Below are positions 38,749 through 52,890 of a stretch of 64,000 nt of DNA, piece after piece. A program made the translations under genes and the position numbers. Below the pieces are notes generated by a model. That model was not told the origin of the DNA. It did no database searches and saw only the letters and a list, made by a program, of their open reading frames with translations. The stretch is from Camelus dromedarius (taxonomy: Eukaryota): contig NC_087437.1 in NCBI RefSeq assembly GCF_036321535.1, forward strand, positions 95,048,001 through 95,112,000. The letters run 5' to 3'. Position 1 is the first letter of the stretch. Every line of letters starts with the position of its first letter.

Positions 38749-39189
38749 CCAAGATACACTTTTGACACTACTTGGAAAATATTTAAACTTAGGCTTTGCT
38801 GATGCAAGAAGTAAAAGGAATTCTGAAAATTACACCATCAACCATAGTCAGCTGTGTGAGAACTGATTGGCCAATGACCACATCCCTTGCTATGAATATT
38901 AATAATGGGTTAATTAGCCTTCTAAATACTTTAAAGGAGTTAAGTGTCAGTGTTAAGTATTATGTTTTTACCTGCTTATCCCATTTTATTGTCATAAGAC
39001 CTCTTCTGTTGGTGTATTACATACGTAGGTTTTTTAGTTCCTTTTGTGTTAGGCGGGTTAGAGCGATATCAGGATTGCTGCTGGTGGCCTGGCCTATTTA
39101 CCCGTTTTAGGCTGTTAGGACCATTTGCTCACATTGGTACCTCTTTCTCTGTGCATCACTAGTTTTACCTCATTTTTTATGTTATGAAC

Positions 39190-39300
39190 TGGTGGTTCTC
39201 AAACTTTGGTGTCTAAGCCAGACCTCAGACCTGCCAAATCAGAATCTCTGGGTTGATTTGGTTTATCAGACTTTCCAGGTGATAAATCTGAGAACTGCTT
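39190..39300. mobile_element. MER5-type hAT MITE relic
   Basis: 'gtggttctcaaactttgg...aatcagaatctctggg...ttccaggtgat...tgagaactgct' with TIR-like ends. Confidence 0.65.
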
Positions 39301-42136
39301 TTACTCTTAATTTTGTTGTTGCTGATTCTGAGAATATTGTGAAATATTTTCTGCAAATCTGTACCAATGGCAAACACCCAGAGGTGTTATAGAAGAGCTT
39401 TGTAATCAAATGACCTAGATTTAAATTCCACCTCAATTACTGATTAAATAATATGGCTCAGTCACTTAGCTCTGTTGTTCTTAGTTTCCTCTGGATAGAC
39501 TTGGGATGACAAATGCATTAATTGACTCTGGATTGAATGAGATGATGTAACATTTCTGGAGGACAACTTGATCATTACCATTGCAAAGATTTTTGTTTGT
39601 TAGTTTTTCTAGTGCAAAAATTATTTGATAATTATATTACTATGGTTATTTTATAATGAAGACGATTTAATATCGAATTCCCTGGACAAGTCATCTGGAC
39701 TTCTTAATCTGTTCTTTCTCCAGATTTTGAGGAAGTGATATTTCAGCAACAGCTATGCTTTTAGTTCCTTAAAAAGTATAAAGGACTTGCCCTGTAGTGT
39801 ACTTCAAGATTAGAGAGGTGGATGTATTTTGAAGTTTAAAGGCTGAGCCTTAATGATAAAAGAGCTACTGATGCCATCATATAGTGTGGTATTATTATTA
39901 ACCAGAAAATGCTTTGGTCTATTTATCCAGTATCAAAGAAGGAAGGCAGAAGGGAACCAGTATTACATGAGTATATGTCACATGTGAGGCACTGGGCTTA
40001 TCAATTTCTCCTAAATTATTAATCTGTGAAGCCAATATGATCACCAGTTCCTCAGAATCACTGATGCCTGAACTTTGTTCATACAAGCACATTTATCATA
40101 TTCTGAGTATACAAAGAGAACAATACCCTATTGTGATGGCTAGTATATAGTTTTACTACTTCTTTTTACCTTATCTTTATGTAGCCTTTTGGTTCCTCTC
40201 AGTACCTCCAATTTGAGAAATGAAATGTGCCCTAATATATGAAGATATATATAAGTATAAACCATTTATAGGTAATTCTCTTTTCCCTGTGTATCCAACA
40301 TTTTTTAAATTTCCAATAAAAAGCATATTTAGGCTATCTTCTTGTTTTTGGATGAATTATGCCTCACTCATTACTCAATGAATTTTTAGCAATATTTAAT
40401 AATAGTAATTTAACTCTGTCTGCAAACACCAGATACTTCACATGTTGTTTATTTTTAATTTTTTGTGCAGTGGAAAAATAAGTTTGTATGCATATGATTC
40501 TTATGTAAAATAATAATTTTTGCATGTTTGGCCTTAGAGTTTTTGAAGGGCAAACTTTAGAAAATGTGACAGCTTAAAATCTCCAGATGTGATGCTCCCA
40601 GACACATCACAACAGGCTGCTGTTTCAGTCCAACACATGCGCCATTGAATATGCATACTGAGACAATACTGCGCTTCCCAAGTGGACTGACTGAGAATGG
40701 CCAGGAAGTGGAGCTCACTGTAGACTTGATTCTACTACTAATATAGGCATTTTCAAATACCCTGACCTAGAGTCAGGATAAAATTTATTATGGTCAACCT
40801 TAATCTGCTATCATATTTCCAACATTTTGTGCCAATATAATTGTAGCCAATATGTGATTCAGAATAGTTACTAGAAGGACATTTAAGTCAGGTATTCTTT
40901 CTCTTTGCAGACTTGCAGTGCTATGCGCTACCACATTCTCCTCTATCTTTAAACAAATGTAGGAATCTGATTTTAATATCTGAGCTTCTGTAATGATAAT
41001 AGTTTTAATTTTAGTAGCATACTTCACATGGGGAAACAGAGCTGCTAGGAAGTCAATGTTTTAAAGAAAATTTGGATTTTATCAGTTACAGCAACTACCT
41101 TCTTATATATTAGAAAAGTACCTTTTTGTGTGTAACAGTAGTTATTTAGTTTGTAAAGTAATGCATGATGCAGATAAGATTTTGAAATCCACTCACGTGC
41201 CCCTTGGCTTTACAAAGTTCAGATTTCAACCTATCGGAGTAGTGTCAGACAAACTCAAGTAATTGACTGAAAATTAGACCTCAAACAAGGTACTCAACTA
41301 TTATGAGCCTTCCTTTCTTTATCTGTAAATATTTTAAAGTAGGAATGTCATGGATATTCATTAAGATAAAATACATAAAGACTGGTGTCTAGTTATGCTT
41401 GATATAAAATTCATTTTGATTTACCCTTATTAGTATAATCTAAAATTTACCACCGTATCATGTGTATGTCAGACAAAAAAATTGCTTTTTTTTTATTTTT
41501 TGAGGAGTGGGAGGAGGAAGTAAATGTCACATAATGTAAAAACTCATATCTTGTTGTTGTTGAATTGACCTAGAAACAGCTCCTGAAAAAAGAATACTGA
41601 AGTTTGGCCAAATCTGATTCTTTAGTTTCTCCTTACTAACTTAAGTATTCTTAAGAAGTCAGAGGGCTTATTTTGTCATTTTAAAAATCCATATTTTATT
41701 TAAAATTATATTTCTGCAGATACCATAAAGTATCGTGCTTTCCATTTTATAACTCCCAAGACTTCCATCTGAGTCTCTTGCTAGAATTCAACATCCTTAT
41801 GACACATCAAAATGGTTAACCTATAAAAAGTGTTTGTCCTCAGATAAATCATGTGGTCTTGCAAATGAGAAAACAAGTAAAACTTTCAGAAGATCTTTTG
41901 ATATTTTTGTAATAGGACTTTAAAAATAAACCACATTTAATATGAAATATTGATTTCCCTCCACCCATAGTTTCTTTAACTTCAATAGAAGAGTTTATTT
42001 GGTTACATTCTAATCCCAAAATGATTTGCAAACGTGTGACAGGTTCACCTTTGGAAGACTAAAAACAAGTAAACCTCAGGATAATTGTGTGTGTAATTAT
42101 AGCCAGTTTGAGAAAATCAAAACCTTTTTCTTCATC

Positions 42137-42161
42137 TTTTTTTTTTTTTTTTTTTTTTTTT
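42137..42161. repeat. Poly(T) tract
   Basis: Run of about 25 T followed by AG. Confidence 0.9.
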
Positions 42162-43718
42162 AGGTAGCATTCAGTTTTACCCTAATGCTAGAACAGTCAC
42201 CATATTTTCTGATAAGGTGAAGTAATCATTTTACATAATGTTAAAATACTTTTATTAGATTTAGGGGTTTTTTTTAAAAATTTTTAATCTGCTAGGCTCT
42301 TAACATTTGGCTTGTACCAGCCCTTTGGGAATTTTTCATAATGATGCAAGGGATTAACTTTTTAAAATGAAAATTAGCTTCAAAATGTGGACCAACCCTA
42401 CAGCTGTGTGACCCACTAAAAAATAAAAAGATAGAGGGTCATCATTGATTTTTTGCTTCTAAACAAGATGTCACAAATGATGTATGTCCAGATTGATGGA
42501 CTGTTACTCTTAAATCCTGTCTAAAGGAAGGAAGTGTTCATTGCCCACTTTTCTTTGCTGGAGTGAATCAAAGAGTGAGTGCTGGGTATAAAGCAAAACC
42601 TAAAAATCAAGTCATGAGAAGGGAAGCAAGGTTTTAGTTACAGGAACTAGGCTTGGCTTAGAGTCATAAACAATAACCCAGCTTTAAGGGTGGAGTGGAG
42701 GGGAGAGGTGGGCACAAGTGACCAGGTCATAGCTTGAAGAGGAGTCACATGTCCTTAGATTTCTGTACCCAAGGGAAGCCATGCTCTCTGGCTTCTCCTA
42801 GCTTTGAAGCTGAAAATAGGGGTTTTAGTTGGTTCGGACAAGTATCAATAATATTGGCAGATGAATGGATTAAAAGGGAATTAAATAGGAAATGACTCAT
42901 TAGGAAGAGTAAGGGAACTGGATCCCTAGGGTTTATTACATATGTGCCAGTCTCTCTGCTAGGCCCTGTACACTTGGCACCTAACTGGACCTGGGAGATA
43001 GGCATTTTTATTCCAGGTTTATATCATTTTTCAGATAAGGAAATTGAGAATCAGAGAATGACATTGCATAGATTTATGTAACCAGGATTAGGGCATGGAT
43101 TTAAAGCTGTAGAATAAAAGAAAGAAAAAAAAGAGTTGTGTTAATAATCAAGGCAGATAATTCATTCACTATAGGCTCTACAGAGAGACAGACCTGATGA
43201 AGTGTCGCATTTGCCCAGGGAAATTAGTTGATACTTAGTGGTATTTTAGAATGTGAAATAATTTTTTCTCCAGTTGTTTCTAAAGAGATGGAGCTCTTTA
43301 AAAATGTTGGTTAAGAGGTGCCAATGTTACTTAAATGAAAGCAATATGTTTTAATATTAGAACGCAATGGTTAGTATGAATTCCCATTTCCTGTTAGAGA
43401 ACTAGTGACTCAACTTTGTAATGGAAACAGAAATAGATCAGGTGTTCTCAGACTTTTAATGTGCATCAGAATTACTTCTGGTACTTGTTAAAAATAGATT
43501 TTTGAAAGACTTGGTCCAAAAAATCAGGAGCGTGGACCCCTGATATCCAAATTATTAGCAAGATCCCACCTTTCTAGTTTACTCTGATTTTCCCCAGCAG
43601 TTAAGATTCATGGATATAAATTATGATTATCACTGTGATACATACCAGTGTTTAAGAGCTACAGGTGTAGGTTTTGATTTTCCCCTCTGCATTTATTTTC
43701 ACTCACCAGTAGATTAGA

Positions 43719-43907
43719 ACTGTGTTTCCCAACATAGTACCCACCAGCTGCATGTGACAATTTCAATGAAATTAATTATAATAAAATGAAATAAAAGTTG
43801 AGTTTCAAGTGCTCAAAAGCCTGTTGTGGCTGACGGATCCTGTATCAGAGATAGCACATATAGAACATTTTAATTATTAGTGCAGAAACTTCTCTTGGAC
43901 AGCACTG
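43719..43907. mobile_element. MER3/MER33-type hAT MITE
   Basis: 'ccaccagctgcatgtgac...tttcaagtgctcaaaagcctgttgtggctg...atatagaacattt...cagaaacttctcttggacagcactg'. Confidence 0.75.
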
Positions 43908-45228
43908 GATTAGAATGTAAGAATAATGAAATTTGGCCCCATTGTAGTTTTTATGGTATTGGGGTTTATTTTTTAAAGTTATCCTTATTAAATATCACTG
44001 TCTTTAATTAGGAGCAGACATTTTCTTTACAATAATAGCTTTCATATTAAAATATTTATAATTAAATAACAAAGATTGCATGCTTTATTCTTTTGTTCTT
44101 TCTCTGAAAAGAATCAGTATGCTTAGAGAAGATAAATTACTTAGGTGGTTTCAACTTGTACTTGGAATGGTAATCATTTGAAGACTTTTTAAATGTACAT
44201 GGGATTTTCCCACTAAAAAAGTTTCCCAAAGAACATTTCTTACTATGCTCAAAGAAGTAGGAGTGGCCTCAATATTTTATCACTTTATAAAACAGGTTTA
44301 AAGATGATCTGCAAAAAATGAAGCTAAGTGTTCTAAACAAACTTCAGGATTTGTTCTAATATTGTTGCATTGTATCAGCCTGTGCATATCATCAAACAGT
44401 TTCTGTATTAAATACGCATGGAATTTAGCATTAAATCTTAAACGTAACTATGCTAGTTTGATACCATTTTTCTGACCATATTGAATATATTTTCTAAATT
44501 ATCAAGTGAAGTTATCTTTAGGAAAATCTATAATGTAATCATAGATTATAACTTGAAACATGTAATTCTTGAAATTAAAAACTTCATGGGAATGGTATGA
44601 AAAGAAAGTCCCCTCTATACTGTTTTTTAATATCACCTAATGAACTTCAAGTTGGTTTTTAAAAAGATCTTAGAGTTATGTCATATCTAATCTGTGAAAA
44701 AACTGAAATTGAAATTTGTCAAACACAAGTTTGCAATGAAAACAACCCAATGCTGGCTTTCTTTTTGTGTCTCAGACCTCAAACCTCAGAGCTATTGCAC
44801 CGATTTGTGATTTCTTACTTCTTGAATTTTTCGTTTCTTTTTCGTTTTCATTACCTTTGTGGCCTCACACCTGTGTTGTTGGGGTGATTGTTTTATCAGG
44901 TCCTGGGTCTCCTCCAACTGTTCTTCATCCTGCCTAGTCCTGTGAGTTTAATGCTCCTAAACAACATATTCATCATGTTGTTTTCTTCTCAAAATCTTTT
45001 AAGAACTTCCTAGTTGCTAATAGGCTGGAATCCAAAAGGCTTTTTTGAACAATTTTCGGATCTTACAGTTTGGCCCATGTTAGCATTTCAGCTGCTCTTT
45101 TCTACTAGTCTTGGACCAAACCCTTCTTACAAATAATGCTGTGCTGCTCTCTGCTACGTTATTCTCTGTTCCTCCCCTCTAGTTCATTTGCATCATACTT
45201 CTCACTTATCTCTGCTTATCCTTTTGGC

Positions 45229-45660
45229 TGCTACGGGTTGAATTGTGTCCCACAAAAAAGGTTGTTGAAGGCTTAACCTCTGATATCTGTGAATGTGATG
45301 TTATCTAGAGATTGGGTCTTTTTTGAGGAGCAAGTTAAGATGAAGTCATTAGGCCAATATGACTGTCATTTCAAAAAGGGAACATTTGGACACAGAGGCA
45401 GAGACACAGGGAGAATGTCACGTAAAGATGAAAGCAGAGTTTTGGGGAGAAGTAATGCAGCAAAAGCCAAGGAACTGCCAGAAAACCTCTGGAACCTGGG
45501 AGAAAGGCATGAAACAGACTGTCCCTCACAGCCCTTGGGAGCACCTAACTCTGCTGAGCCTTAATCGTGAACTTCTAGCCCCCAGAACTGTCAGACAAAA
45601 AATCTCTGTTACCACCCAGTTTGTGATACTTTGTTATGGCAGCCGTAGGAAATTGATATA
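45229..45660 (+). mobile_element. MaLR solo LTR (MLT1B/C-like)
   Basis: 'tgctacgggttgaattgtgtccc...gcaaaagccaaggaactgccag...ttctagcccccagaactgt...tttgttatggcagccgtaggaaattgatata'; preceded by a plus-strand L2-like relic (~44840-45220). Confidence 0.88.
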
Positions 45661-46104
45661 CCCTCTATTTTGTTGTTTATTAAACAAAAAACATTTTTTT
45701 ATTACTGTTCCTCTTCAAGAATCTGATGGCCTTTTTTGTGGATAGATATTCTCTCTAGAAAAATGCACCTATATTCATAAACACAAAACTCCAAATAATT
45801 TCAGCAGCAAAGAACCTCTGACCAACCCAAATCACACCCAGCCTTGTATCTCCAACCAAAACCTCATCTTCTCTGAGAAAGCAGTTTCCCTGCTTTGCTT
45901 TTGGTTCTTATTTCTTTTTTGGCTTTTACTGTATATGTTTTGGTTTTGATGCTTCATCACATATTTCTTGGACTCTAAACTTTTCCAGTATATGTAAGCC
46001 TCTCCCAACTGAAAAACCCCAATCTTTCTCAGTCCTGAACTCTTCAATTGTAAAGGGTAGGATTAGCTCACCAGCATTACAAGGTAAGTGTATGTGTGAG
46101 TGTG

Positions 46105-46128
46105 TATATATATATATATATATATATA
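46105..46128. repeat. (TA)n microsatellite
   Basis: Direct observation. Confidence 0.9.
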
Positions 46129-47149
46129 GTATGAGGTGATTGTATGTCCACAATTCCCAGTAAATGCTCAGAGGTTACTAAGTTCTCAGTACTCAGTTCC
46201 AGCTATTGTTCCCTTTCTTAATCATATTAAAGTCTGCTAAAATACTTCTCCACACAGAATAACTTAAACTTCCTGCTTGGGCAAGAGAATAACAATAACA
46301 GGTGTTACTTCATTCAGCCTGTGCTGAGTCCAGCATCAAGTGAAGCGTAGGTGTGAAAAGAGGCTGGAAATGAGAAGGCAGAGAAGCAGAGTTGCATGGC
46401 AACATCACGGAAGGACTGTGAGTCCTGGAGTCTACAGCTTTGAGTTTGATTCTCAGCACTTTATAAATTATTTGGGAGATATTGTGCAAGTTATTTACCC
46501 CTCTGAGCTTTTCTTTACTCATCTCAAAAAAAGTAAAGATAATTATTGTTATATTTCTTGTGAAGATTAGGACCTCTTCTAAGATTACATCATTTTTTTT
46601 TATCTCCATGCATGTCCAGAGAAGTTCATATCCACTTTCAAAAATTCATAGACACTTTGAAGCACATCCTGAATGAGCTAAGATCGCCTCCTCTGTAGTC
46701 TCTTTTACAGAAAGTTTTATTCCTAACCTCATGTTTAAAAGATTAGAAGAACCAGGACCTGGTTCTGGCTACAAGGGATTATTTGTTGTCAACTCTAATC
46801 AAGTATTTTCAATCTGTTGATGAGTTTTCCTTTGTTTGGAAAATGTGAGGGTTGACAAATTTATCTGTTCTTATTCCAGCTTTAACATGCTATATTAACC
46901 TCATTTTATGGATGAAGAATCTGACCCAGTAACTCAGGATGGAGAGGTAGAAATTTATGGGCTTAAGAGAAAAGCCCAAGTGTTCTGATACAAATTCACT
47001 AACTTCTCTTTTCCCAACAACTACCATGCAGAATCGAAGTATTTTTTCTAGTTTCTCTTACATTAATTTGAGAGTTAAAAAAAACTCTCTGGACTGATGA
47101 TATTTATTCTTACACAAGGTAAGTCCTTAAATAATTGTACTGCATTACA

Positions 47150-47340
47150 GCATGGATTAGTGATTAAACGCCCAAATTGTGAAACTGACTCCAAGGATCT
47201 GAATCTCTGTTCCATCACTTAGTATCTGTGAAATCTTGGCTTGATTACTTAATTTCTGTGCCTCAGTGTCCTCATCTATAAATTATGAATCATAATAGTC
47301 CCTACCTCGGAACATTTTAAGGATTGTGAGAATTATAAAA
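47150..47340 (+). mobile_element. MIR relic
   Basis: 'tgtgaaatcttggcttgattacttaatttctgtgcctcagtgtcctcatctataaattatgaatcataatagtccctacctc'. Confidence 0.8.
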
Positions 47341-49063
47341 TTGGAACAGAAGTCCATTTTAGCTATTGTTCTATTCTGACATTTAAGACTAACGAGATAA
47401 TTATTAAAATCTTAATTGTGTCCTTTTGAGACTTTTTGAGAAAGCACCATTTGTTCTTCACTAATTCTTAAACACATTAATAGAAGTAACTATGTAGAAC
47501 TGAGTCAAACCAAGTAATGATTCTGGAGGTTATATAAGGTGACAGTGTAATCTTTACCATCTCCTATGCATCTTATGCTCTGTAAGAATTTTGATCCCTT
47601 TTTCTCTTTTCAAACTATTTTTCCTATGCAAAATCGACAACTTTTGTAGGGCTTTTGCACTCTATTTGGGTGTCAGGTTTGCAAAGAGAGATAAACATAT
47701 TTAATCTTGAACTGAGAAGTATTGTTCATATGTGTATGGTGGTAATGACTCTGGGTTGGGGGAGAAGGGAGCAGGGAACTTGCTGTAGATCCCAATTAAG
47801 AAAGTGTTTTGTGCATTGTGGTTCAAAACTATTATGAAGGGAAATTGGCATAAGCTTCACTTTGGCTCTGCATGTGAACACATAAGTGCATCACCCTGGT
47901 GAGGGTGAAGCAAAACCAAACCAAATGAGAAATAATGATCTGTTTATGATTTGCCAAGTGAAAAATTTATGAAGGGAAAAGCCAGTAAAAATACTTAATT
48001 TCTCAGGTATTTTATTTATCATAATATATTCTTTTACTTTTATCCTTTCATAATCTCATTTTAATCGTGTACCTCTTTAAATTTACATATACATATCTAG
48101 GTTTTAAATTTATATATACATATCTATATATAGACACAGAATATACATATATAGATATGTGTATATATAAATATATCATTGGTGAACCTACACTGACAGA
48201 TTATAATCACCCAGTGTCCATGGGTAACAAGACCATGCAGGAACTTACTGGTACTGAAATGTTGTGCTTTCTGTGTATTAAACATAAACCACTATACCAA
48301 CACAGGTTCTGTTGCTTCGCATGGTATCCTTATGCCATTTTTCAGATGGTATGTATCACTGGTTGATCACCTAGTTGAATTTTAAAACTTGTGGCACATC
48401 TACAGTACAGCTTTGTGGCTGATTCGTGGTCTTTCCTCCCCTTGGGCTAACAAGCTTGTTAAGTGCTGTCGATTCTTAGCTTCCATCTATAATCTACAGC
48501 TCTGCGTACAGGGTGGTTATTCAGTGAATACTTGTTGAATTGAGATAGTTTCACCTTCATGTATCATTTTGGATAATTTTCTTCTTGGACCTCTGCCATT
48601 TAACAATCATCATTTTCATGTTTTAGAATTAAACCACATAAGGAAAACAAATAAGTAGAGAATTTACTATGGTTTTCCTCTTTACATTGAATTCCTGTCT
48701 GTATTTCCACACTGGGTAGACTATTTTATACTTGTATTAAAACCAAAAAAAATATATAAATAAAAATCCACTCTAATAGCAATGTGGCAGTCCCTTACCT
48801 TCATATGGTTTGTTTCTCAGGAAACTTTTTTCTTATTTGGCTAATAAGTTGACTAGAAATGCTGACTCTTCTTTTTTCTTCCCAAGATGTTTATTCACTA
48901 TAGTTTAGGATGTAGTGCTAAAAATTAAAAATTTATATCTTAGGATCATTTGAATATTTTATTATTTCATTTTTTAGTAATTTTGGTACCAGTTACCATG
49001 ATGGACGTTTTTGGACTAGATATTATTCTTTCAGGCTGTTCCATCTGACTTTCTAAGGAGAAA

Positions 49064-49161
49064 CAGTGACCAACTGTCCTATTTTACCTTGAACTGACTG
49101 AAGGGGATTTTCATTGCTAAAACTGGGAAAATAACATTAAACTGGGATGAGTTGGTCAACC
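49064..49161. mobile_element. MER94-like hAT-Blackjack MITE
   Basis: TIR-like ends gtgaccaac...gttggtcaac; internal 'ttttcattgctaaaactggga...aaactgggatgagttgg'. Confidence 0.6.
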
Positions 49162-49260
49162 CACAAAATCCCTGTATTTGAATGTAGTGAGTTAATTTCA
49201 TCCTACTGATTTTGTCTATATCAATAAACTAGAAATATGTGAATTTCTCCATATACTTTT

Positions 49261-51178
49261 TAAAAAATTATAACCATTTTAAAAAATTGAAGTATAGTTA
49301 ATTTACAGTGTTGTATTAGTTTCAGGTGTACAGCAAAGTGATTCAGTTATACACACACACACACACACACACATTCTTTTTCAGATTCTTTTCCATTATA
49401 GGTTATTACAAGAGAGTGAATATAGTTCCTGTGCTATGCAGTAGGTCCTTGTTGTTTATTTTATATATAGTAGTGTGTATATGTTAATCCTAAACTCCTA
49501 ATTTATTCCTCCCCCACCCCACACTTTACCCTTTGGCAATCATAAGTTTGTTTTTTTATATCTGTTTATTTCTATTTATGTTTTGTAAATAAGTTTATTT
49601 GTATCATTGTTTAGAGTCTACATATCAGTGATATATGATATTTGTCATTTCTTTACTTCACTTAGTATGATAATCTCTATCCATGTTGCTGCAAATTGTA
49701 CTATTTCACTCTTTTTTATGGCTGGGTAATATACCCTTGTATATATATGTACCACATCTGTATCTACTCATGTGTCGATGGACATTTAGGTTGCTTCCAT
49801 GTCTTGGCTATTATACATTGTACTGCTTTGAACATTGGGGTGCATGTATCTTTTTGAATTAGAGTTTTCTTTGGATATATTCCCAGAAGTAGAATTGCTG
49901 GATCATATGGTAACACTATTTTTAGTTTTTTAAAGAAACTCTATGCTGTTCTCCATAGTGGCTATACCAAATTATAGTCCCACCAACAGTGTAGAGGGTT
50001 CCTTTTTCTCTATACCCTCTTCAGCATATTTTGTTTATAGACTCTTTAATGATGACCATTATTGCTGTTGTGAGGTAATACTTCATTGTAGTTTTGATTT
50101 GCATTTCTCCAGTAATGAGCATCTTTTCATGTGCTTGTTTGTCATCTGTACGTCTTTTGTGGAGAAATGTCTATTTAGGTCTTTTGCCTATTTTTTGATT
50201 GAGTTGTTTGTGTTTTTGCTAAGCTGTATGAGCTCTTTGTATATTTTGGAAATTAATCCCTGTTGGTAGCATCATTTGCAAATATTTTCTCCCATTCCGT
50301 AGGTTGTCTTTTCTTTTTGTTTATGGTTTCTTTTGCTGTGCAAAAGCTTTTAGGTTTAATTAGGCCCCATTTGTTTATTTTTGTTTTTATTTCTATTACT
50401 CTAGCTTATGGATCCAAAAAAATATTGCTGTGATTTATGTCAAAGAATGTCCTGCCTATGTTTTCCTCAAGGAGTTTTAGAGTATCTGGTCTTATATCTA
50501 GATCTTTAATCCATTTTGAGTTCATTTTTGAATATGGTGTTAGAGAATGTTGTAATTTCATTCTTTTACATGTAGCTGTCCAGTTTTTCCAGCATCACAT
50601 ATTGAAGAGATTGTCTTTTCTCCATTGTATATTCTTGCTTCCTTTCTCATAGATTAATTGACCATAAGTGTATGAGTTTATTTCTGCACTTTCTATTCTG
50701 TTTTATTGATCTATGTATCTGTTTGTGTGCCGGTACCATACTGTTTTGATTACTGTAGCTTTGTTGTATAGTGTGAAGTCAGGGAGCCTAATTCCCCCAG
50801 CTCCATTCTTCTTTCTTAAAATTATTTTAGATATTCAGGATCTTTTGTGTTTTCAAACAAATATAAAATTTTTTGTTCTAGTCCTGTGAAAATTGCCATT
50901 AGTAATGTGATAGTGATTGCATTGAATCTGCAGATTGTCTTGGGTAGGTGTGGTCATTTTAACAATACTGATTCGTCCAATCCAAAAACATGGTATATCT
51001 TTCCATCTGTTTGTATTATCCTCAATTTCTTTCATCTGCGTCTTATAGTTTAGGAATACAGATCTTTTGCCTCCTTAGGTTGGTTTATTCCTGGGTATTT
51101 ATGCTACAGAAATCTGTGGCATTTCTATATACTAACAGTGGAATATTAGAAAGAGAAATTAAGGAAACAACCCCATTT
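49261..51178 (-). mobile_element. 5'-truncated, 5'-inverted LINE-1 (twin-priming product)
   Basis: Minus-strand 3'UTR and ORF2 (49261-51100; [18 protein letters not shown]), then a plus-strand ORF2 piece (51101-51178; QKSVAFLYTNSGILEREIKETTPF). Perfect 13-bp TSD tccatatactttt at 49248-49260 and 51179-51191; (AC)n at 49351-49373. Confidence 0.93.
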
Positions 51179-52639
51179 TCCATATACTTTTATTGGAAAA
51201 TTGTGTTCAAAAAAAGAGAGAGGACTTTTTTTCACACTGAGTGCACGTATTGGAAAGTAGTTTCCTGAACATGGTCCTAAATCAGATACCTGATTATCTA
51301 ATACATCAACATTTAGAATTACTTATGCTTCTCAACTATACGTTTAAACCATTGAGTTGTTTGGCTAATGGATGGGTAAGAGTTAAAACCTGAAAAGATT
51401 TTCTGAGACTAGAATTTAAAGTTGTTTTGAGAATTAACAAATGTTTAAATGTAAGTTTATCCCTTAAAGGGAAAATAGAGGTTTAACTAGGCATCAGTAT
51501 TCTGAAGAAGGGTTGTGATTAGTATGAACCAAATTGAAGGCACAAATAAGCATACTTTAAAAGGTGACATAACTGGGAATATGACATTAAGGAAAAATCA
51601 GATACTTAATAGTATTTTCATACCCAATTTTCCATTGTATATAGTAAAGGATTATAGAGAATTTTTAAGTAGTATTTTTGAAGGGTAATGTTATAATCAA
51701 AGTACCAGAGAGCTGTAAGTAACATGAAGAAGTTGGAATTTAGCCTTTTTTAATAAGGTGTCAAGTGTTTTTGGAGTTACTAGAATTAAAAAAAGTTTTT
51801 TAACATTTATTTTTGAAGATATGCACCAACCCTGAAACTTTTTTATACATGTTGGTCTGTAACTAAGATGATGTATTAAGGAAATAACTTAATACATGAA
51901 TGAAAGTGTACACACAATGATGCTAAACTTTAGATTTTGATAATCCTAAAAGTTTGGAAATAATTAAGCTTCCTGCAAGAAAGTTCAGTCAAGTTAATCA
52001 TAACACATCAGTAAGATACATGATTTATACATTTAAAAATATGTTTTGCATGAGTTGTTACTGAAAGGGCAAAATGTTTACAATAGCCAAAAAATTAATT
52101 ATAGAATATGTCATGTAAAAATGGCTAGAATAATATTGGAAGGAAAGATATTAAAATAATAGCCTTTTTTTTCTATAAGTATATGGAATTATATATGAGT
52201 ATTTTATTAGTTACTTTATTCTGTACATTCTACATTTTCTATAATGCACTTTTATTAGTTGTTTTAATTTATATTAATTTTTGTATATTTTTCATTTATG
52301 AAAGTAACATAAAAAAGGAAACAATTTTTTTGGCTGTTGATTTTGAGATGCTTGTTTCTAGCATCAGTTACTTTTTCACTTGGGTGAAGTTGAAACAACT
52401 CAAGTTATGTTGTTATACTTCCTACCCCTGGAACAAAATTTGCCATTTTCTTTCCATTTCTTGACTCAGTAATTTTGTAGTGGCCAAATATGAGTAAAAT
52501 CTTACTTCCTTTTCTCTTTGAAGAGCATATACTTGTAAGTATACATTAGTCATATATATTTAAAGTTTTTAAATACATAGTCATGCTAAATGCTGTGTTA
52601 AGATTCTGCTAACACTTAAGTGGAGAAGCAGTTTACAAT

Positions 52640-52890
52640 AGCTATTATAAACATAAACTCTGGAGCCAAATTACCTGAGACTGTGGCTCACATCTATCGT
52701 ATATTAGCTGTGTGACCTCAGGTGAATTACTTAACAATGCTGTGCTTCAATTTTCTCATCTATAGAATGGAATTAATAGTAGCATTGCAGTTTTTGTATA
52801 TGTGTGATAATTAAATGAGTTAATTATTTAAAACACTTAGAAAAGTGTGGGATATATAGTAAGGACTGTGTAATTATTTCCTAGTATTAG
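52640..52890 (+). mobile_element. MIR relic
   Basis: 'ctctggagcc...ttagctgtgtgacctcaggtgaattacttaac...ttttctcatctatagaatggaattaatagtag'. Confidence 0.8.

Noticed and set aside
42137..42222. Poly(T)-AG|GTAGC as a splice acceptor or recursive site
   Set aside because: The tract is a plain homopolymer, and both GTAGCA and the downstream GTGAAG are poor donors.
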